Assembly (NCBI GenBank): GCA_965652025.1
Contig: CBFGTM010000005.1
Coordinates: forward strand, 3,771-67,770
Direction: 5' to 3'
Source: an uncultured Gemmatimonadales bacterium
GTDB taxonomy: Bacteria > Gemmatimonadota > Gemmatimonadetes > Gemmatimonadales > GWC2-71-9
Length of the DNA: 64,000 nucleotides
In this document: piece by piece, positions 9,406 through 18,719 of the stretch
Layout of the letters: the number at the start of each line of letters is the position of its first letter
Numbering within the stretch: the stretch's first letter is position 1
Notes under the pieces: generated by a model
Seen by the model: the letters and a program-made list of their open reading frames with translations, nothing else
Databases searched by the model: none
What the model was told of the DNA's origin: nothing
Program-made: the position numbers and the translations under genes

Positions 9406-9911
9406 TGCCGCTCCATATTGCGCTGATCGAGCCTCAAATCCCTCCCAATACCGGAAACATCGCGCGACTGTGCGCGGCGACCGACACCTCCCTGCATTTG
9501 ATCGAGCCAATGGGTTTCAGTATCAGCGACAGGGACCTCCGCCGCGCCGGCCTCGACTATTGGGACGCTGTGGACCTCTGGGTTCACCCGAACTGGTTCG
9601 CCTTCCGCGATGCGATGGACCGCTCCCGCTGCCTCTACTTTTCGGCCAAGGCACAGCAGAGTTACTGGCAAGCGCCCTATCGGCCCAACAGCTGCCTGGT
9701 CTTCGGCAGCGAGACCGCGGGCATGCCGCAGCGGATTCTGGAAAAGCATCCGGACCGGTGTTTCACCATTCCGATGAGCGGGCCGGTGCGGAGCCTGAAC
9801 CTCTCGACCGCGGTCGGGATCGTGCTGTATGAGGCGATGAGGCAGGTCGGAATGGGTCGCGAGCTGCGGGTCGCGAGTCGGGCAGCACCAATCGAGACTT
9901 CTGACTCGTGA
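9405..9911 (+). CDS. trmL: tRNA (cytidine/uridine-2'-O)-methyltransferase, SpoU/TrmL family
   Basis: MPLHIALIEPQIPPNTGNIARLCAAT..., VFGSETAGMP, SLNLSTAVGIVLYEA. ATG 9405 overlaps the moaA TGA. The longest ORF (9183) is an out-of-context extension. Confidence 0.88.
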   Translation: MPLHIALIEPQIPPNTGNIARLCAATDTSLHLIEPMGFSISDRDLRRAGLDYWDAVDLWVHPNWFAFRDAMDRSRCLYFSAKAQQSYWQAPYRPNSCLVFGSETAGMPQRILEKHPDRCFTIPMSGPVRSLNLSTAVGIVLYEAMRQVGMGRELRVASRAAPIETSDS

Positions 9912-9919
9912 CTCGCGAC
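9856..9919. repeat. Inverted heptamer arrays with only an 8-nt spacer (cargo-less copy of the 4910-5424 element)
   Basis: Left arm: GTCGCGA GCTGCGG GTCGCGA GTCGGGC (9856-9883). Right arm: TCGAGAC TTCTGAC TCGTGAC TCGCGAC (9892-9919). The outermost units are perfectly complementary. It encodes the last ~18 codons and the stop of trmL. Confidence 0.85.
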
Positions 9920-9984
9920 CTGAAGTCAGTATATTGCGGCGGTTTGACCCCAAATGACTTCTCAACCCGCATGCGAGAGCCGAA

Positions 9985-10914
9985 ATGCTGAATAAGGTCG
10001 CGGTTGTTGGGGCGGGAAACGTTGGTGCGACGGCGGCCCAACGGCTGGCTGAAAAGAACCTGGCACGCACTGTGGTCATGGTCGACGTGGTGGACGGTGT
10101 CCCCCAGGGAAAGGGACTCGACCAATGGCAGTCAGGCCCGATCGAGGGATTCGACACCCGGGTCGTTGGCAGCGGCAATTACGACGAGGCCGCCGGAGCG
10201 GAAGTCTTTGTGGTCACCGCAGGCATCGCTCGAAAGCCAGGGATGAGCCGGGACGACCTGGTGAAGACCAACGCCGGGATCGTCCGATCGGTCGCCGAGC
10301 AGATCGGCCGGGTGGCGCCGAAGTCGATCATCGTGGTGGTCTCCAATCCACTCGACGTGATGTGCTACGTAGCGATGAAGGCGAGTCGCTTTCCCCGCGA
10401 GCGCATCCTCGGCATGGCCGGCGTGTTGGACACCGCCCGCTACCGAACCTTCCTGGCAGAGGCCCTCGACGTGTCGGTCGAGGACATTCAGGCGATGGTG
10501 CTCGGCGGACACGGCGACACCATGGTGCCGCTGGTCTCTTATACCACGGTCTCCGGGATTCCGGTGACCCAGCTGATCGACCGGGCCAAGCTGGATGCGA
10601 TTGTCACCCGGACCCGGAATGGGGGCGCTGAGATCGTCAGCTTCCTCAAGACCGGGTCGGCCTATTATGCGCCGAGCGCCGCCGCCGTGCAGATGGTGGA
10701 AGCCATCGCGCTGGACAAGAAACGGATCTTGCCGTGCTCGACCTGGCTTCAGGGGGAGTTTGGATTACGGGATGTCTTCTGTGGCGTCCCCTGCAAGGTG
10801 GGGCGCTCGGGGCTGCAGGGCATTATCGAGGTTACGCTCACCCAGGCGGAGCAAGAGGAACTCCAGAAGTCAGCGGAAGCGGTTCGCTCGACCCAGGCGC
10901 TGGTGGACATCTGA
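9985..10914 (+). CDS. mdh: Malate dehydrogenase (LDH-like MDH)
   Basis: [34 protein letters not shown]. Confidence 0.95.
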   Translation: MLNKVAVVGAGNVGATAAQRLAEKNLARTVVMVDVVDGVPQGKGLDQWQSGPIEGFDTRVVGSGNYDEAAGAEVFVVTAGIARKPGMSRDDLVKTNAGIVRSVAEQIGRVAPKSIIVVVSNPLDVMCYVAMKASRFPRERILGMAGVLDTARYRTFLAEALDVSVEDIQAMVLGGHGDTMVPLVSYTTVSGIPVTQLIDRAKLDAIVTRTRNGGAEIVSFLKTGSAYYAPSAAAVQMVEAIALDKKRILPCSTWLQGEFGLRDVFCGVPCKVGRSGLQGIIEVTLTQAEQEELQKSAEAVRSTQALVDI

Positions 10915-10928
10915 GCCGGGCCGGTCAG

Positions 10929-11588
10929 ATGAACCGTCTCCGCTTGCTGTGGGATTCTTCGGTGGGCAAGAAGGTGATCATGGCGGTCACCGGGGTGATT
11001 ATGGTGGCTTATCTGATCACCCACGTACTCGCCAATCTGCTGGTGTTCCAGGGCCCCTCCAAAATCAACGCGTACAGCGCATTTCTGCATGGGACCGGGG
11101 CTGCCCTCTGGGCGGTGCGGCTGGTGCTGCTCGGCGCATTGGTCCTTCACGTGGTTGCCGCGGTCCAGCTGGCCCGTCGCCGCTTCGATGCCCGGCCCGT
11201 CGGCTATGCAGGGGGGCGGGAACCGCAGGTCTCAACCTGGGCCTCTCGGACCATTCGGTGGGGCGGGGGACTCATTCTGGTCTTCCTGGTCTATCACATT
11301 CTGCATTTTACGGTGGGAACCGCCCACCCCGATTTCGTCGAGGGTGACCCCTACCATAACGTGTCGACCGGGTTTCGTAATCTGGGCGTCGTCATTGTTT
11401 ATCTCGTAGCCATGGCCGCCGTGGGCCTGCACCTCTATCACGGGATCTGGAGCAGTGGCCGCAGCCTGGGGATGAGCCCGCCTTCGCCCAATCCGTTCCG
11501 GCGCACGGCGGCACTGATGCTGGCACTGGTCATCTGGCTCGGGTTCACGGTCATCCCGCTCGCCGTTTACGCTGGAGTGGTGCGGTGA
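10929..11588 (+). CDS. sdhC: Succinate dehydrogenase / fumarate reductase cytochrome b subunit (b558 type)
   Basis: Multi-TM protein ([28 protein letters not shown]...) with conserved His residues, directly upstream of and overlapping sdhA. ATG 10929 chosen over the longest ORF at 10734, which overlaps mdh. Confidence 0.8.
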   Translation: MNRLRLLWDSSVGKKVIMAVTGVIMVAYLITHVLANLLVFQGPSKINAYSAFLHGTGAALWAVRLVLLGALVLHVVAAVQLARRRFDARPVGYAGGREPQVSTWASRTIRWGGGLILVFLVYHILHFTVGTAHPDFVEGDPYHNVSTGFRNLGVVIVYLVAMAAVGLHLYHGIWSSGRSLGMSPPSPNPFRRTAALMLALVIWLGFTVIPLAVYAGVVR

Positions 11589-13501
11589 TCCAGCTCCGCT
11601 CGAAGGTCCCCGGTGGGCCGATTGAAGGGAAGTGGGACAAGCACCGCTTCGAGATGAAACTGGTGAACCCGGCCAATAAGCGGAAACACACGATTCTCAT
11701 GGTGGGAAGCGGGCTGGCTGGCGCGTCGGCGGCAGCCTCGCTCAGCGAGCTGGGATACAACGTGAAGTGCTTCTGCTTTCAGGACTCTCCCCGCCGAGCC
11801 CACAGTATCGCGGCGCAAGGGGGGATCAACGCGGCGAAGAACTACCGCAACGACGGCGACAGTATCTATCGTCTGTTTTACGATACCGTCAAGGGCGGGG
11901 ACTTCCGCTCTCGGGAGGCGAACGTGTACCGGCTGGCGCAGCTGAGTGTGAACATCATTGATCACTGTGTCGCCCAAGGTGTGCCGTTCGCCCGTGAATA
12001 CGGCGGGCTCTTGGCCAATCGGTCGTTCGGGGGCGCCCAGGTCTCCCGCACCTTCTACGCCCGGGGACAGACCGGCCAGCAGCTGTTGCTCGGGGCCTAT
12101 CAGCAGATGGAGAAGGAGATCGATCGCGGTGGCGTGACCATGTTCCCCCGCACCGAGATGCTGGACCTGATCGTCATCGACGGGCGGGCCCGCGGGATCG
12201 TGACCCGGGACATGGTGACCGGACAGATCTCCTCTCATCTGGGCGACGCAGTGGTACTGGGCACCGGCGGCTACGGCAACGTGTTCTACCTCTCAACCAA
12301 CGCCAAGGGGTCCAACGCCACCGCCATCTGGCGAGCCTACAAGCGGGGCGCCGCCTTCGCCAATCCCTGTTTCACTCAGATACACCCCACCTGCATTCCA
12401 GTGAGCGGCCAGCATCAATCGAAGCTCACGCTGATGAGCGAGTCGCTTCGAAATGATGGCCGAGTCTGGGTGCCCCGCCAGGCGGGGGACCGTCGCCGGC
12501 CCACTGAGATCGCCGAAAGCGAGCGGGATTACTATCTGGAGCGGAAGTATCCCAGCTTCGGGAACCTGGCCCCGCGGGACATTGCTTCCCGGGCAGCGAA
12601 GGAAGTGTGCGACGAAGGACGCGGGGTAGGGGAGAGCGGTCTCGGCGTCTACCTCGATTTCGCCGATGCGATCCGCCGGCTGGGTGAGCGGACCATCCGC
12701 GACCGCTACGGCAATCTGTTCGAGATGTACCAGCGGATTACCGACGAAAATCCCTATCAGGCCCCGATGCGGATCTTTCCGGCGGTGCACTACACCATGG
12801 GCGGGCTCTGGGTGGATTACAATCTCATGAGCACTATCCCGGGGCTCCATGTCATCGGCGAGGCCAACTTCTCCGATCATGGCGCCAACCGCCTGGGTGC
12901 GAGCGCGCTGATGCAGGGCCTGGCCGACGGCTACTTCATTCTTCCGGCTACCATCGGTGATTACCTGGCCTCGGCGAAACTGGAGAAGGTGACCGCGGAG
13001 CATCCGGAGTGCCGCCGAGTTGAAGCGGACGTGGCCGGATACACTCGGCGGCTGCTCGAGATCCAGGGCAAGCGCACGGTGGATTCCTTCCACCGGGAGC
13101 TGGGCATGTTGATGTGGGATTATTGCGGGATGTCGCGCAGCGCCGAGGGACTGCGGAAGGCGCTCAGCCAGATCCCTCCCTTGCGTCAGGAGTTTTGGCG
13201 CAACGTCAACGTGCCCGGCAGCGACACCGAGCTGAACCAGGCCCTCGAAAAGGCCGGCCGGGTGGCCGACTTCCTGGAGCTGAGTGAGCTGATGTGCCTC
13301 GATGCCCTGCAGCGAGAAGAATCCTGCGGCGGCCATTTCAGGGTCGAGTTCCAGACCCCGGACGGAGAGGCGCTGCGGAACGACGAGGAGTTCGCCTACG
13401 TAGGGGCGTGGGAGTACGCTGGCCCCGACCTCCAGCCGGTGCTGAACAAGGAGCCGCTGCAGTTCGAGTATGTGCCGCTGGCGCAGCGGAGTTACAAGTG
13501 A
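11585..13501 (+). CDS. sdhA: Succinate dehydrogenase / fumarate reductase flavoprotein subunit
   Basis: [14 protein letters not shown] site, [12 protein letters not shown] (FAD-linked His), HYTMGGL, CGGHFR. Confidence 0.95.
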   Translation: MIQLRSKVPGGPIEGKWDKHRFEMKLVNPANKRKHTILMVGSGLAGASAAASLSELGYNVKCFCFQDSPRRAHSIAAQGGINAAKNYRNDGDSIYRLFYDTVKGGDFRSREANVYRLAQLSVNIIDHCVAQGVPFAREYGGLLANRSFGGAQVSRTFYARGQTGQQLLLGAYQQMEKEIDRGGVTMFPRTEMLDLIVIDGRARGIVTRDMVTGQISSHLGDAVVLGTGGYGNVFYLSTNAKGSNATAIWRAYKRGAAFANPCFTQIHPTCIPVSGQHQSKLTLMSESLRNDGRVWVPRQAGDRRRPTEIAESERDYYLERKYPSFGNLAPRDIASRAAKEVCDEGRGVGESGLGVYLDFADAIRRLGERTIRDRYGNLFEMYQRITDENPYQAPMRIFPAVHYTMGGLWVDYNLMSTIPGLHVIGEANFSDHGANRLGASALMQGLADGYFILPATIGDYLASAKLEKVTAEHPECRRVEADVAGYTRRLLEIQGKRTVDSFHRELGMLMWDYCGMSRSAEGLRKALSQIPPLRQEFWRNVNVPGSDTELNQALEKAGRVADFLELSELMCLDALQREESCGGHFRVEFQTPDGEALRNDEEFAYVGAWEYAGPDLQPVLNKEPLQFEYVPLAQRSYK

Positions 13502-14268
13502 ACCTTACCCTTCGAATTTGGCGTCAACCGGCTCCCACGGTCCCTGGCCGGCTGGTCGAGTACCAGGCGACGGAGATCAGCCCGGATATCTCCTTCCTGG
13601 AGATGCTGGACGCGGTGAACGAAGGGCTGGTCGAAGTTGGAGAGGTGCCGATTGCGTTCGACCATGATTGCCGGGAAGGCATTTGCGGCTCGTGCAGCCT
13701 GATGATCAACGGGGTGGCCCACGGGCCGATGCGCGGCACCGCAACCTGCCAGCTGCATATGCGCAGCTTCAGGGACGGCGCTGTCATTACCGTGGAGCCC
13801 TGGCGGGTTCGGGCATTTCCGGTGGTGCGGGATCTGGTGGTGGACCGGACCGCCCTCGACCGGATCATCCAGGCCGGTGGCTATATCTCGGCGCCGACCG
13901 GTGGAGCCCAGGATGCCAATACCGTCCTGATTCCGAAGGAGACGATCGACACTGCAATGGATGCCGCCCAGTGCATCGGCTGCGGCGCCTGCGTCGCCGC
14001 CTGCCCCAACGGCTCCGCTTCGCTCTTCACCGCAGCCAAGCTGGCGCATCTGGGACTGTTGCCGCAGGGGCAGCCGGAGCGCTACCGGCGGACGCTCCAG
14101 ATGGTGGCCCAGATGGACATCGAGCACTTCGGCGGCTGTACCCTGTACGGAGAGTGCCAGGAAGCCTGCCCCAAGCTGATCAGCATCGACACTATTACCA
14201 GGATGAATCGCGACTTCCTTCGGGCCAGCCTCACCGCCGGCCGGGGAGCGGTAGCCGAGTCCGACTGA
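13498..14268 (+). CDS. sdhB: Succinate dehydrogenase / fumarate reductase iron-sulfur subunit
   Basis: Three Cys clusters: [37 protein letters not shown] 13498 forms a GTGA overlap with the sdhA stop. Confidence 0.93.
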   Translation: MNLTLRIWRQPAPTVPGRLVEYQATEISPDISFLEMLDAVNEGLVEVGEVPIAFDHDCREGICGSCSLMINGVAHGPMRGTATCQLHMRSFRDGAVITVEPWRVRAFPVVRDLVVDRTALDRIIQAGGYISAPTGGAQDANTVLIPKETIDTAMDAAQCIGCGACVAACPNGSASLFTAAKLAHLGLLPQGQPERYRRTLQMVAQMDIEHFGGCTLYGECQEACPKLISIDTITRMNRDFLRASLTAGRGAVAESD

Positions 14269-14273
14269 TTCTC

Positions 14274-15500
14274 GTGAACGGCCCCCGCCTGGCCGCGGTA
14301 CTGCTCCTCCTGCTCTCCCGACCGGCATGGCCTCAGGCGGCACCCTGGATCCGCCTCGGCGCCAACGCCATCCCACTCTATACCTACGCCAATCCGGTGC
14401 CGGGAGGCGACGGGCTGGGGGAGGTTCGGGTGGTGCAGCCTACCCTCATGACCCATGGAGGCGCCTTCGGCGACCGACTGCGGCTGCTCACCACGGTCAA
14501 CCTCGAGGGAGTCACCATTCGTAATGGTGAGCTGTCCATGGGAGCCTGGGGCGAGGGCTTCATGGACCGGCGGCACCCTCATACCTATGTGCACGAGGTG
14601 ATGTTGGGGTGGGTGCAGCGGCTCAGCCGCGGCGCGGTTTCCCTTGCTGCGGGAAAGGGATTCGCGCCCTTCGGAACCGATGACCCAATGTCCCGCCCCA
14701 TCGTCCGATACCCCGTAAACCATCACTTTGCCCAGATCCTGGAACGGGCCGTGGCCATACTGGGCGCTCGGGTCGGGCCAATCTTGCTGGAGGCCGGGCT
14801 GTTCAACGGGGATGAGCCGGAGCACCCCGACCAGTGGCCCAACATCTCCCGTTTCGGCGATTCGTGGTCCGGGCGCCTGTCAGTGTTCCCGCTTGCCAAT
14901 CTGGAGCTCCAAGGCTCGTATGCGGACGTCCACTCCCCCGAGCACCGCCCTGGCTTCGGCACGGACCAGACCAAATGGAGCCTGTCCGGCCGCTGGTCGG
15001 GGCCAGTGGAGGGGTTTCCGGTGTACGGCCTCCTCGAGTGGGCCCAGACCTCAGAGGCAGACGGCTTTTTCGTATTCCACAGCCTCTTGGGGGAAGGTGC
15101 ATGGACCTGGGGGCGCGGGCGTCTCCTTTATCGCTTCGAGCGGACCGAGCGGCCGGAGGAAGAGCGAACCCAGGATCCGTTCCGTTCTGTCCGGCCCCAC
15201 TTGGAAAACTCTATTCTGGGCGTTACCCGGTGGACGATTCATACGCTGGGCTCCGACTATGAGCTTCCCGGGCTGGATCCGGTGCGTGCGCGTCCGTTTG
15301 TCGAGGTATCCTATGGCCGGATCAGCGTCGTCGAAGGCCTGTTGGATCCGGTGTCATTCTACGGAAAGTCGTCGTTCTGGTCCGTCAGCATGGGGCTCAG
15401 GCTGGGAATAGGCCTGCCCCTCCATCGTATGGGACGCTACGGTGTGGCCCAGGACACCGCGCAAGGAGATGGGACCCACCACCATGGGCATGATGAATAG
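14274..15500 (+). CDS. Hypothetical secreted / outer-membrane protein, His-rich
   Basis: GTG 14274 lies 5 nt after the sdhB stop. Signal-peptide-like LAAVLLLLLSRPAWPQA, alternating beta-strand-like sequence, several His motifs (RRHPHTYVHE, VNHHF, HHHGHDE). No family recognised. Confidence 0.55.
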   Translation: MNGPRLAAVLLLLLSRPAWPQAAPWIRLGANAIPLYTYANPVPGGDGLGEVRVVQPTLMTHGGAFGDRLRLLTTVNLEGVTIRNGELSMGAWGEGFMDRRHPHTYVHEVMLGWVQRLSRGAVSLAAGKGFAPFGTDDPMSRPIVRYPVNHHFAQILERAVAILGARVGPILLEAGLFNGDEPEHPDQWPNISRFGDSWSGRLSVFPLANLELQGSYADVHSPEHRPGFGTDQTKWSLSGRWSGPVEGFPVYGLLEWAQTSEADGFFVFHSLLGEGAWTWGRGRLLYRFERTERPEEERTQDPFRSVRPHLENSILGVTRWTIHTLGSDYELPGLDPVRARPFVEVSYGRISVVEGLLDPVSFYGKSSFWSVSMGLRLGIGLPLHRMGRYGVAQDTAQGDGTHHHGHDE

Positions 15501-15627
15501 ACGACAAATCACGGGCTCTTTTCTGCTCTTCGCCCTGGCAGCGTGTGGCAGCGACGGCGACGTGCAGGATCCGGGCGCCCCCACCACGGTCCTGAATGTC
15601 GTGAGCGGAGGGAACAACTTTCCCTAA
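15484..15627 (+). CDS. Lipoprotein signal-peptide fragment, 5' part of an interrupted LVIVD-propeller gene
   Basis: MGMMNRRQITGSFLLFALAAC (lipobox LAAC) followed by ~25 aa. Ends at TAA 15625-15627, in the same frame as the next ORF. Confidence 0.4.
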   Translation: MGMMNRRQITGSFLLFALAACGSDGDVQDPGAPTTVLNVVSGGNNFP

Positions 15628-15648
15628 CGCTACAGCACGGATCTTTGG

Positions 15649-16686
15649 GTGCATGGGAACTACGCCTACACGGGCACCTGGGGTTTTCGAGACCAGCGCG
15701 GCAACGTTGTGAAGGTGTGGGCCCTTGACGCCAGTGGGGCTCCCTCACTGGCTGGATCGGTGACGATTGATGACCTCGGAACCGTGAGTGATGTCCAGGT
15801 CAGCGAGGACGGCCAGCTTCTGGTGGTGAGCGGCGAGAGGGGCGGAGATCTGGGGGAGAATGGCGGCATCTATACCTATAGCCTGAGTAACCCAGCCAAT
15901 CCCGCTCCCCTGGGCATCGGGCCGGTTCCGATCGGCGGCGTTCACACCGTCACCGTCGCCTCGGTAAATGGGCAGCTCTACGCCTTCGCCGCCAAGAACC
16001 CCGGATTCAGCGGAAACGAAGCTCAGAACCAGCCCGCCCTTCTGATCTTCAGCCTGGCCAACCCCGCGTCGCCCACCCTGGTACATAGTGAACCGATCGA
16101 GCCGCACTATGGCATTCACGACACCTTCGTCCGGGATGGCCTGGCTTTCGTTTTCGCCTGGGATGAGGGGGTGATCATCTACGATGTCGGCAACGGTATT
16201 CTCGGCGGATCGCCGGCTTCACCAGTCGAGGTGAGCCGCATTATCACGGGCAGCAGTGGGATGACCCCGTCGGCCCATAATGGCTGGTGGTTCCACAACC
16301 CAGTCAGCGGGGAACGGCGCTACTTGTTCGTGGGCCAGGAGGGGCCGGGCGTCGTTGGTAGCCGGTCCAGCGGGGATATCCACGTGGTCGATGTCTCCAA
16401 TCTGACCGAGCCACGTGAGGTGGCGCTGTTCCACCTGGACGGAGCGGGGACCCACAATTTCTGGGTCGATGAATCGCGGCAGGTTCTCTATGCGGCCTAC
16501 TACAACGGTGGCGTTGTTGCCATCGATATCTCGGGTACGCTCTCGGGAGACCTGTCCAGCCGGCTCTTGAGCCAGGTGCGGCCAGGTGGGGCGGGGAGCA
16601 CCTATACCTGGGGCGTGCAGCTCGCTAACGGGTCTCTGTACGCCATTGACATGGTGAGTGGCCTCTGGCAGTTGAAGACCGAATAA
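15649..16686 (+). CDS. LVIVD-repeat beta-propeller protein, lacking its own signal peptide
   Basis: Repeated strand motifs of LVIVD type: VKVWALDASG, GIYTYSLSNPANP, LLIFSLANPASP, GVIIYDVGNG, DIHVVDVSNLTEP, GGVVAIDISG. First ATG after the in-frame TAA. Confidence 0.75.
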   Translation: MHGNYAYTGTWGFRDQRGNVVKVWALDASGAPSLAGSVTIDDLGTVSDVQVSEDGQLLVVSGERGGDLGENGGIYTYSLSNPANPAPLGIGPVPIGGVHTVTVASVNGQLYAFAAKNPGFSGNEAQNQPALLIFSLANPASPTLVHSEPIEPHYGIHDTFVRDGLAFVFAWDEGVIIYDVGNGILGGSPASPVEVSRIITGSSGMTPSAHNGWWFHNPVSGERRYLFVGQEGPGVVGSRSSGDIHVVDVSNLTEPREVALFHLDGAGTHNFWVDESRQVLYAAYYNGGVVAIDISGTLSGDLSSRLLSQVRPGGAGSTYTWGVQLANGSLYAIDMVSGLWQLKTE

Positions 16687-16702
16687 AGTTTCCGCTTCCA
16701 GT

Positions 16703-18706
16703 TCACGGCCTTCCGTTCGTTCCGCTTTGTCCGCCCGTTCCGGCGGCGGACGGCGCCATCCAGGCATTGTTCTCCCGCCGCACATCCGGATAGACATTGC
16801 GGCCATCGATGCTCGCCCCGATTACCCGCTTGGGGCCGGGAACCAGCAGGGTGTATTGAGTCCCTCCATACCAGATCTCGACCGGCAGACTCAGATGCTG
16901 CGCGGTCCCGTCCTCCAATCTGAGATCCAGTTCCACCGGCATCGGCATCGCGCCGGCGCTGCGGAGGTACACCCGCGAGGTCACCACTCCCGCCGAGTCG
17001 GCAACTTTCACCGAGTCGACTGCCTGATCTAGTTGCTCGGTAGTGTAGAACCAGGAGCGCCAGAACCAGCTCAAGTCCTCACCCACCCCATCTTCGATGG
17101 TGCGGAAGAAGTCGGCCGGGGTGGGGTGCTTGTAGGCCCAGCGCCGGATGTACTCCCGAAAGGCGGCGTCGAAGCGCTCTGTGCCGACGATGCGGTCGCG
17201 CAGCAGGATGAGGCCGAGTCCTGGCTTGGTGTAGGCGGTGACACTGAGGTTGCCGAAGATCCGGTCCGCCGGCGTCATGATCGGCTCCTCCCGCCCTGAG
17301 ATTGCAAAGGGGATGTAGAGTCCAGGATTGCCCCGCCGGTTGTACTCGCCGGGGTACTTCTTCTCCCAGTTGTAGTAGTTCATGAAGGTGTTCAGGCCCT
17401 CATCCATCCAGGCGTACAGCCGCTCGTTGTTGCCCACGACCATCGGAAACCAGGTGTGCCCGATCTCATGGTCGGTCACGCTGAAGAGTGCCGGTCCTTC
17501 GGTACGATTGTGGCAGAACACGATCATGGGGTACTCCATCCCGCCCTCGATGCCGTTCACGTTGATGGCGACTGGGTAAGGGTAGGGGTACCAGGATGAG
17601 TAGTTCTGAACCGCAAACCGGATGTACTGAGTCGATTCCTTCCATACCGGCTCCGCCGACGGTGGATAGAAGCTCATGGCCAGGGTCTTGCCGCCGTTGG
17701 TACGAGCCGCATCCCAAACGAAGTGCCGCGCGGCGGCCCAGGCAAAGTCGCGCACGCTGTCAGCGGTAAATCGCCAGGTCAGCATACCCGACGGAGGGGT
17801 GGGTCGCGAGGCAGGAACATCGATCTCGTCCTTGCCCCGGATGACGACAGTGGAGTCACTGGCTCGCGCCCGGGAAAGACGGCTGCGCTGGGTTGCCGTC
17901 AGCACCTCGCTCGGGTTCTGCAGCGTGCCGGTGGCCGCTACCAGCATGTTCGCCGGCAGCCGCAAGCTGACGTCGAAGTGGCCGTACTCCAGGTAAAACT
18001 CTCCTTGACCCAGGTACTGCTCGGTGTTCCATCCTCGCACATCATCGTATACCGCGAGCCTGGGGTACCACTGGGCCACCTCGTAGACGTTGCTCCCGTC
18101 GATGAGTTCCAGGCCCATCCGGTTGCTGTTCGGTCCAAAAGGAAAGCTCCAGCCGATCTCGATCACCTGGCGCGCCCTCGGCGGTAGCGGCCGAGGGAGA
18201 TCGACTCTCATCATCGTCCCGTTGACCAGGTATCTCAGCCGGACCGATTGCTGCGAAGCCGCTCCACTACGGGCAGCTACCGCGGGGGCCGCTACTCTGG
18301 TGAGCGTCACCCCGCCTTCGGCCCCCCGGGTCCCGAATCGCGAGTTCTGGGCAAAGAGCCGCGAGCCCCGGCTCTTGCTATTGAACAAGTTTTGATCCAG
18401 CTGCAGCCAGAGATAGTGCAGCGTGTCGGGTGAGTTGTTGGTGTAGGTAATCCGCTCGTCCCCGGTCAGTTTGTGGGCCACGGTGTCGAGCGAAGCGCGT
18501 ATGACGTAGTCGACCTTCTGCTGCCAGTAGTCGGCCCCTGGCGCGCCCGACCCGGTGCGGATGGAGTTGGCAGCCGGCAGCTCCAGTCGGCGAAATGGAG
18601 AGCTGTCTCCCGGAACGGCGCTACTGGCTTGAGGGGCCTGGCCAGCGGCCTGGCCCGCAAGGCCGGTCATGAGGGCAAGCAGTAGGATCGGACGCGAATT
18701 GGTCAT
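16703..18706 (-). CDS. Secreted M1-family zinc metallopeptidase (aminopeptidase N-like), paralogue 1
   Basis: HEIGHTWFPMVVGNNERLYAWMDEG (HExxH + E). Signal peptide MTNSRPILLLALMTGLAGQAAG from ATG 18706. The longest ORF extends to 18940 into the neighbouring gene. Confidence 0.9.
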   Translation of the reverse strand: MTNSRPILLLALMTGLAGQAAGQAPQASSAVPGDSSPFRRLELPAANSIRTGSGAPGADYWQQKVDYVIRASLDTVAHKLTGDERITYTNNSPDTLHYLWLQLDQNLFNSKSRGSRLFAQNSRFGTRGAEGGVTLTRVAAPAVAARSGAASQQSVRLRYLVNGTMMRVDLPRPLPPRARQVIEIGWSFPFGPNSNRMGLELIDGSNVYEVAQWYPRLAVYDDVRGWNTEQYLGQGEFYLEYGHFDVSLRLPANMLVAATGTLQNPSEVLTATQRSRLSRARASDSTVVIRGKDEIDVPASRPTPPSGMLTWRFTADSVRDFAWAAARHFVWDAARTNGGKTLAMSFYPPSAEPVWKESTQYIRFAVQNYSSWYPYPYPVAINVNGIEGGMEYPMIVFCHNRTEGPALFSVTDHEIGHTWFPMVVGNNERLYAWMDEGLNTFMNYYNWEKKYPGEYNRRGNPGLYIPFAISGREEPIMTPADRIFGNLSVTAYTKPGLGLILLRDRIVGTERFDAAFREYIRRWAYKHPTPADFFRTIEDGVGEDLSWFWRSWFYTTEQLDQAVDSVKVADSAGVVTSRVYLRSAGAMPMPVELDLRLEDGTAQHLSLPVEIWYGGTQYTLLVPGPKRVIGASIDGRNVYPDVRRENNAWMAPSAAGTGGQSGTNGRP

Positions 18707-18719
18707 TGGCAAGGTGGTG

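Noticed and set aside
8518-9510. 330-aa minus-strand ORF opposite moaA/trmL
   Set aside because: It is antisense to a radical-SAM gene with intact CxxxCxxC and downstream motifs. It has no recognisable domain, so it is a GC-rich shadow ORF.
9198-10178. 326-aa minus-strand ORF spanning trmL, the repeat element and the start of mdh
   Set aside because: It crosses two well-supported plus-strand genes and an intergenic region, and it has no domain signal.
12293-13336. 347-aa minus-strand ORF opposite sdhA
   Set aside because: It is antisense to a clearly identified flavoprotein gene and has a low-complexity composition.
15625-15627. In-frame stop considered as programmed recoding (selenocysteine or pyrrolysine)
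   Set aside because: The codon is TAA, not TGA or TAG, and I saw no SECIS-like hairpin. A nonsense mutation or a sequencing error is the simpler reading.
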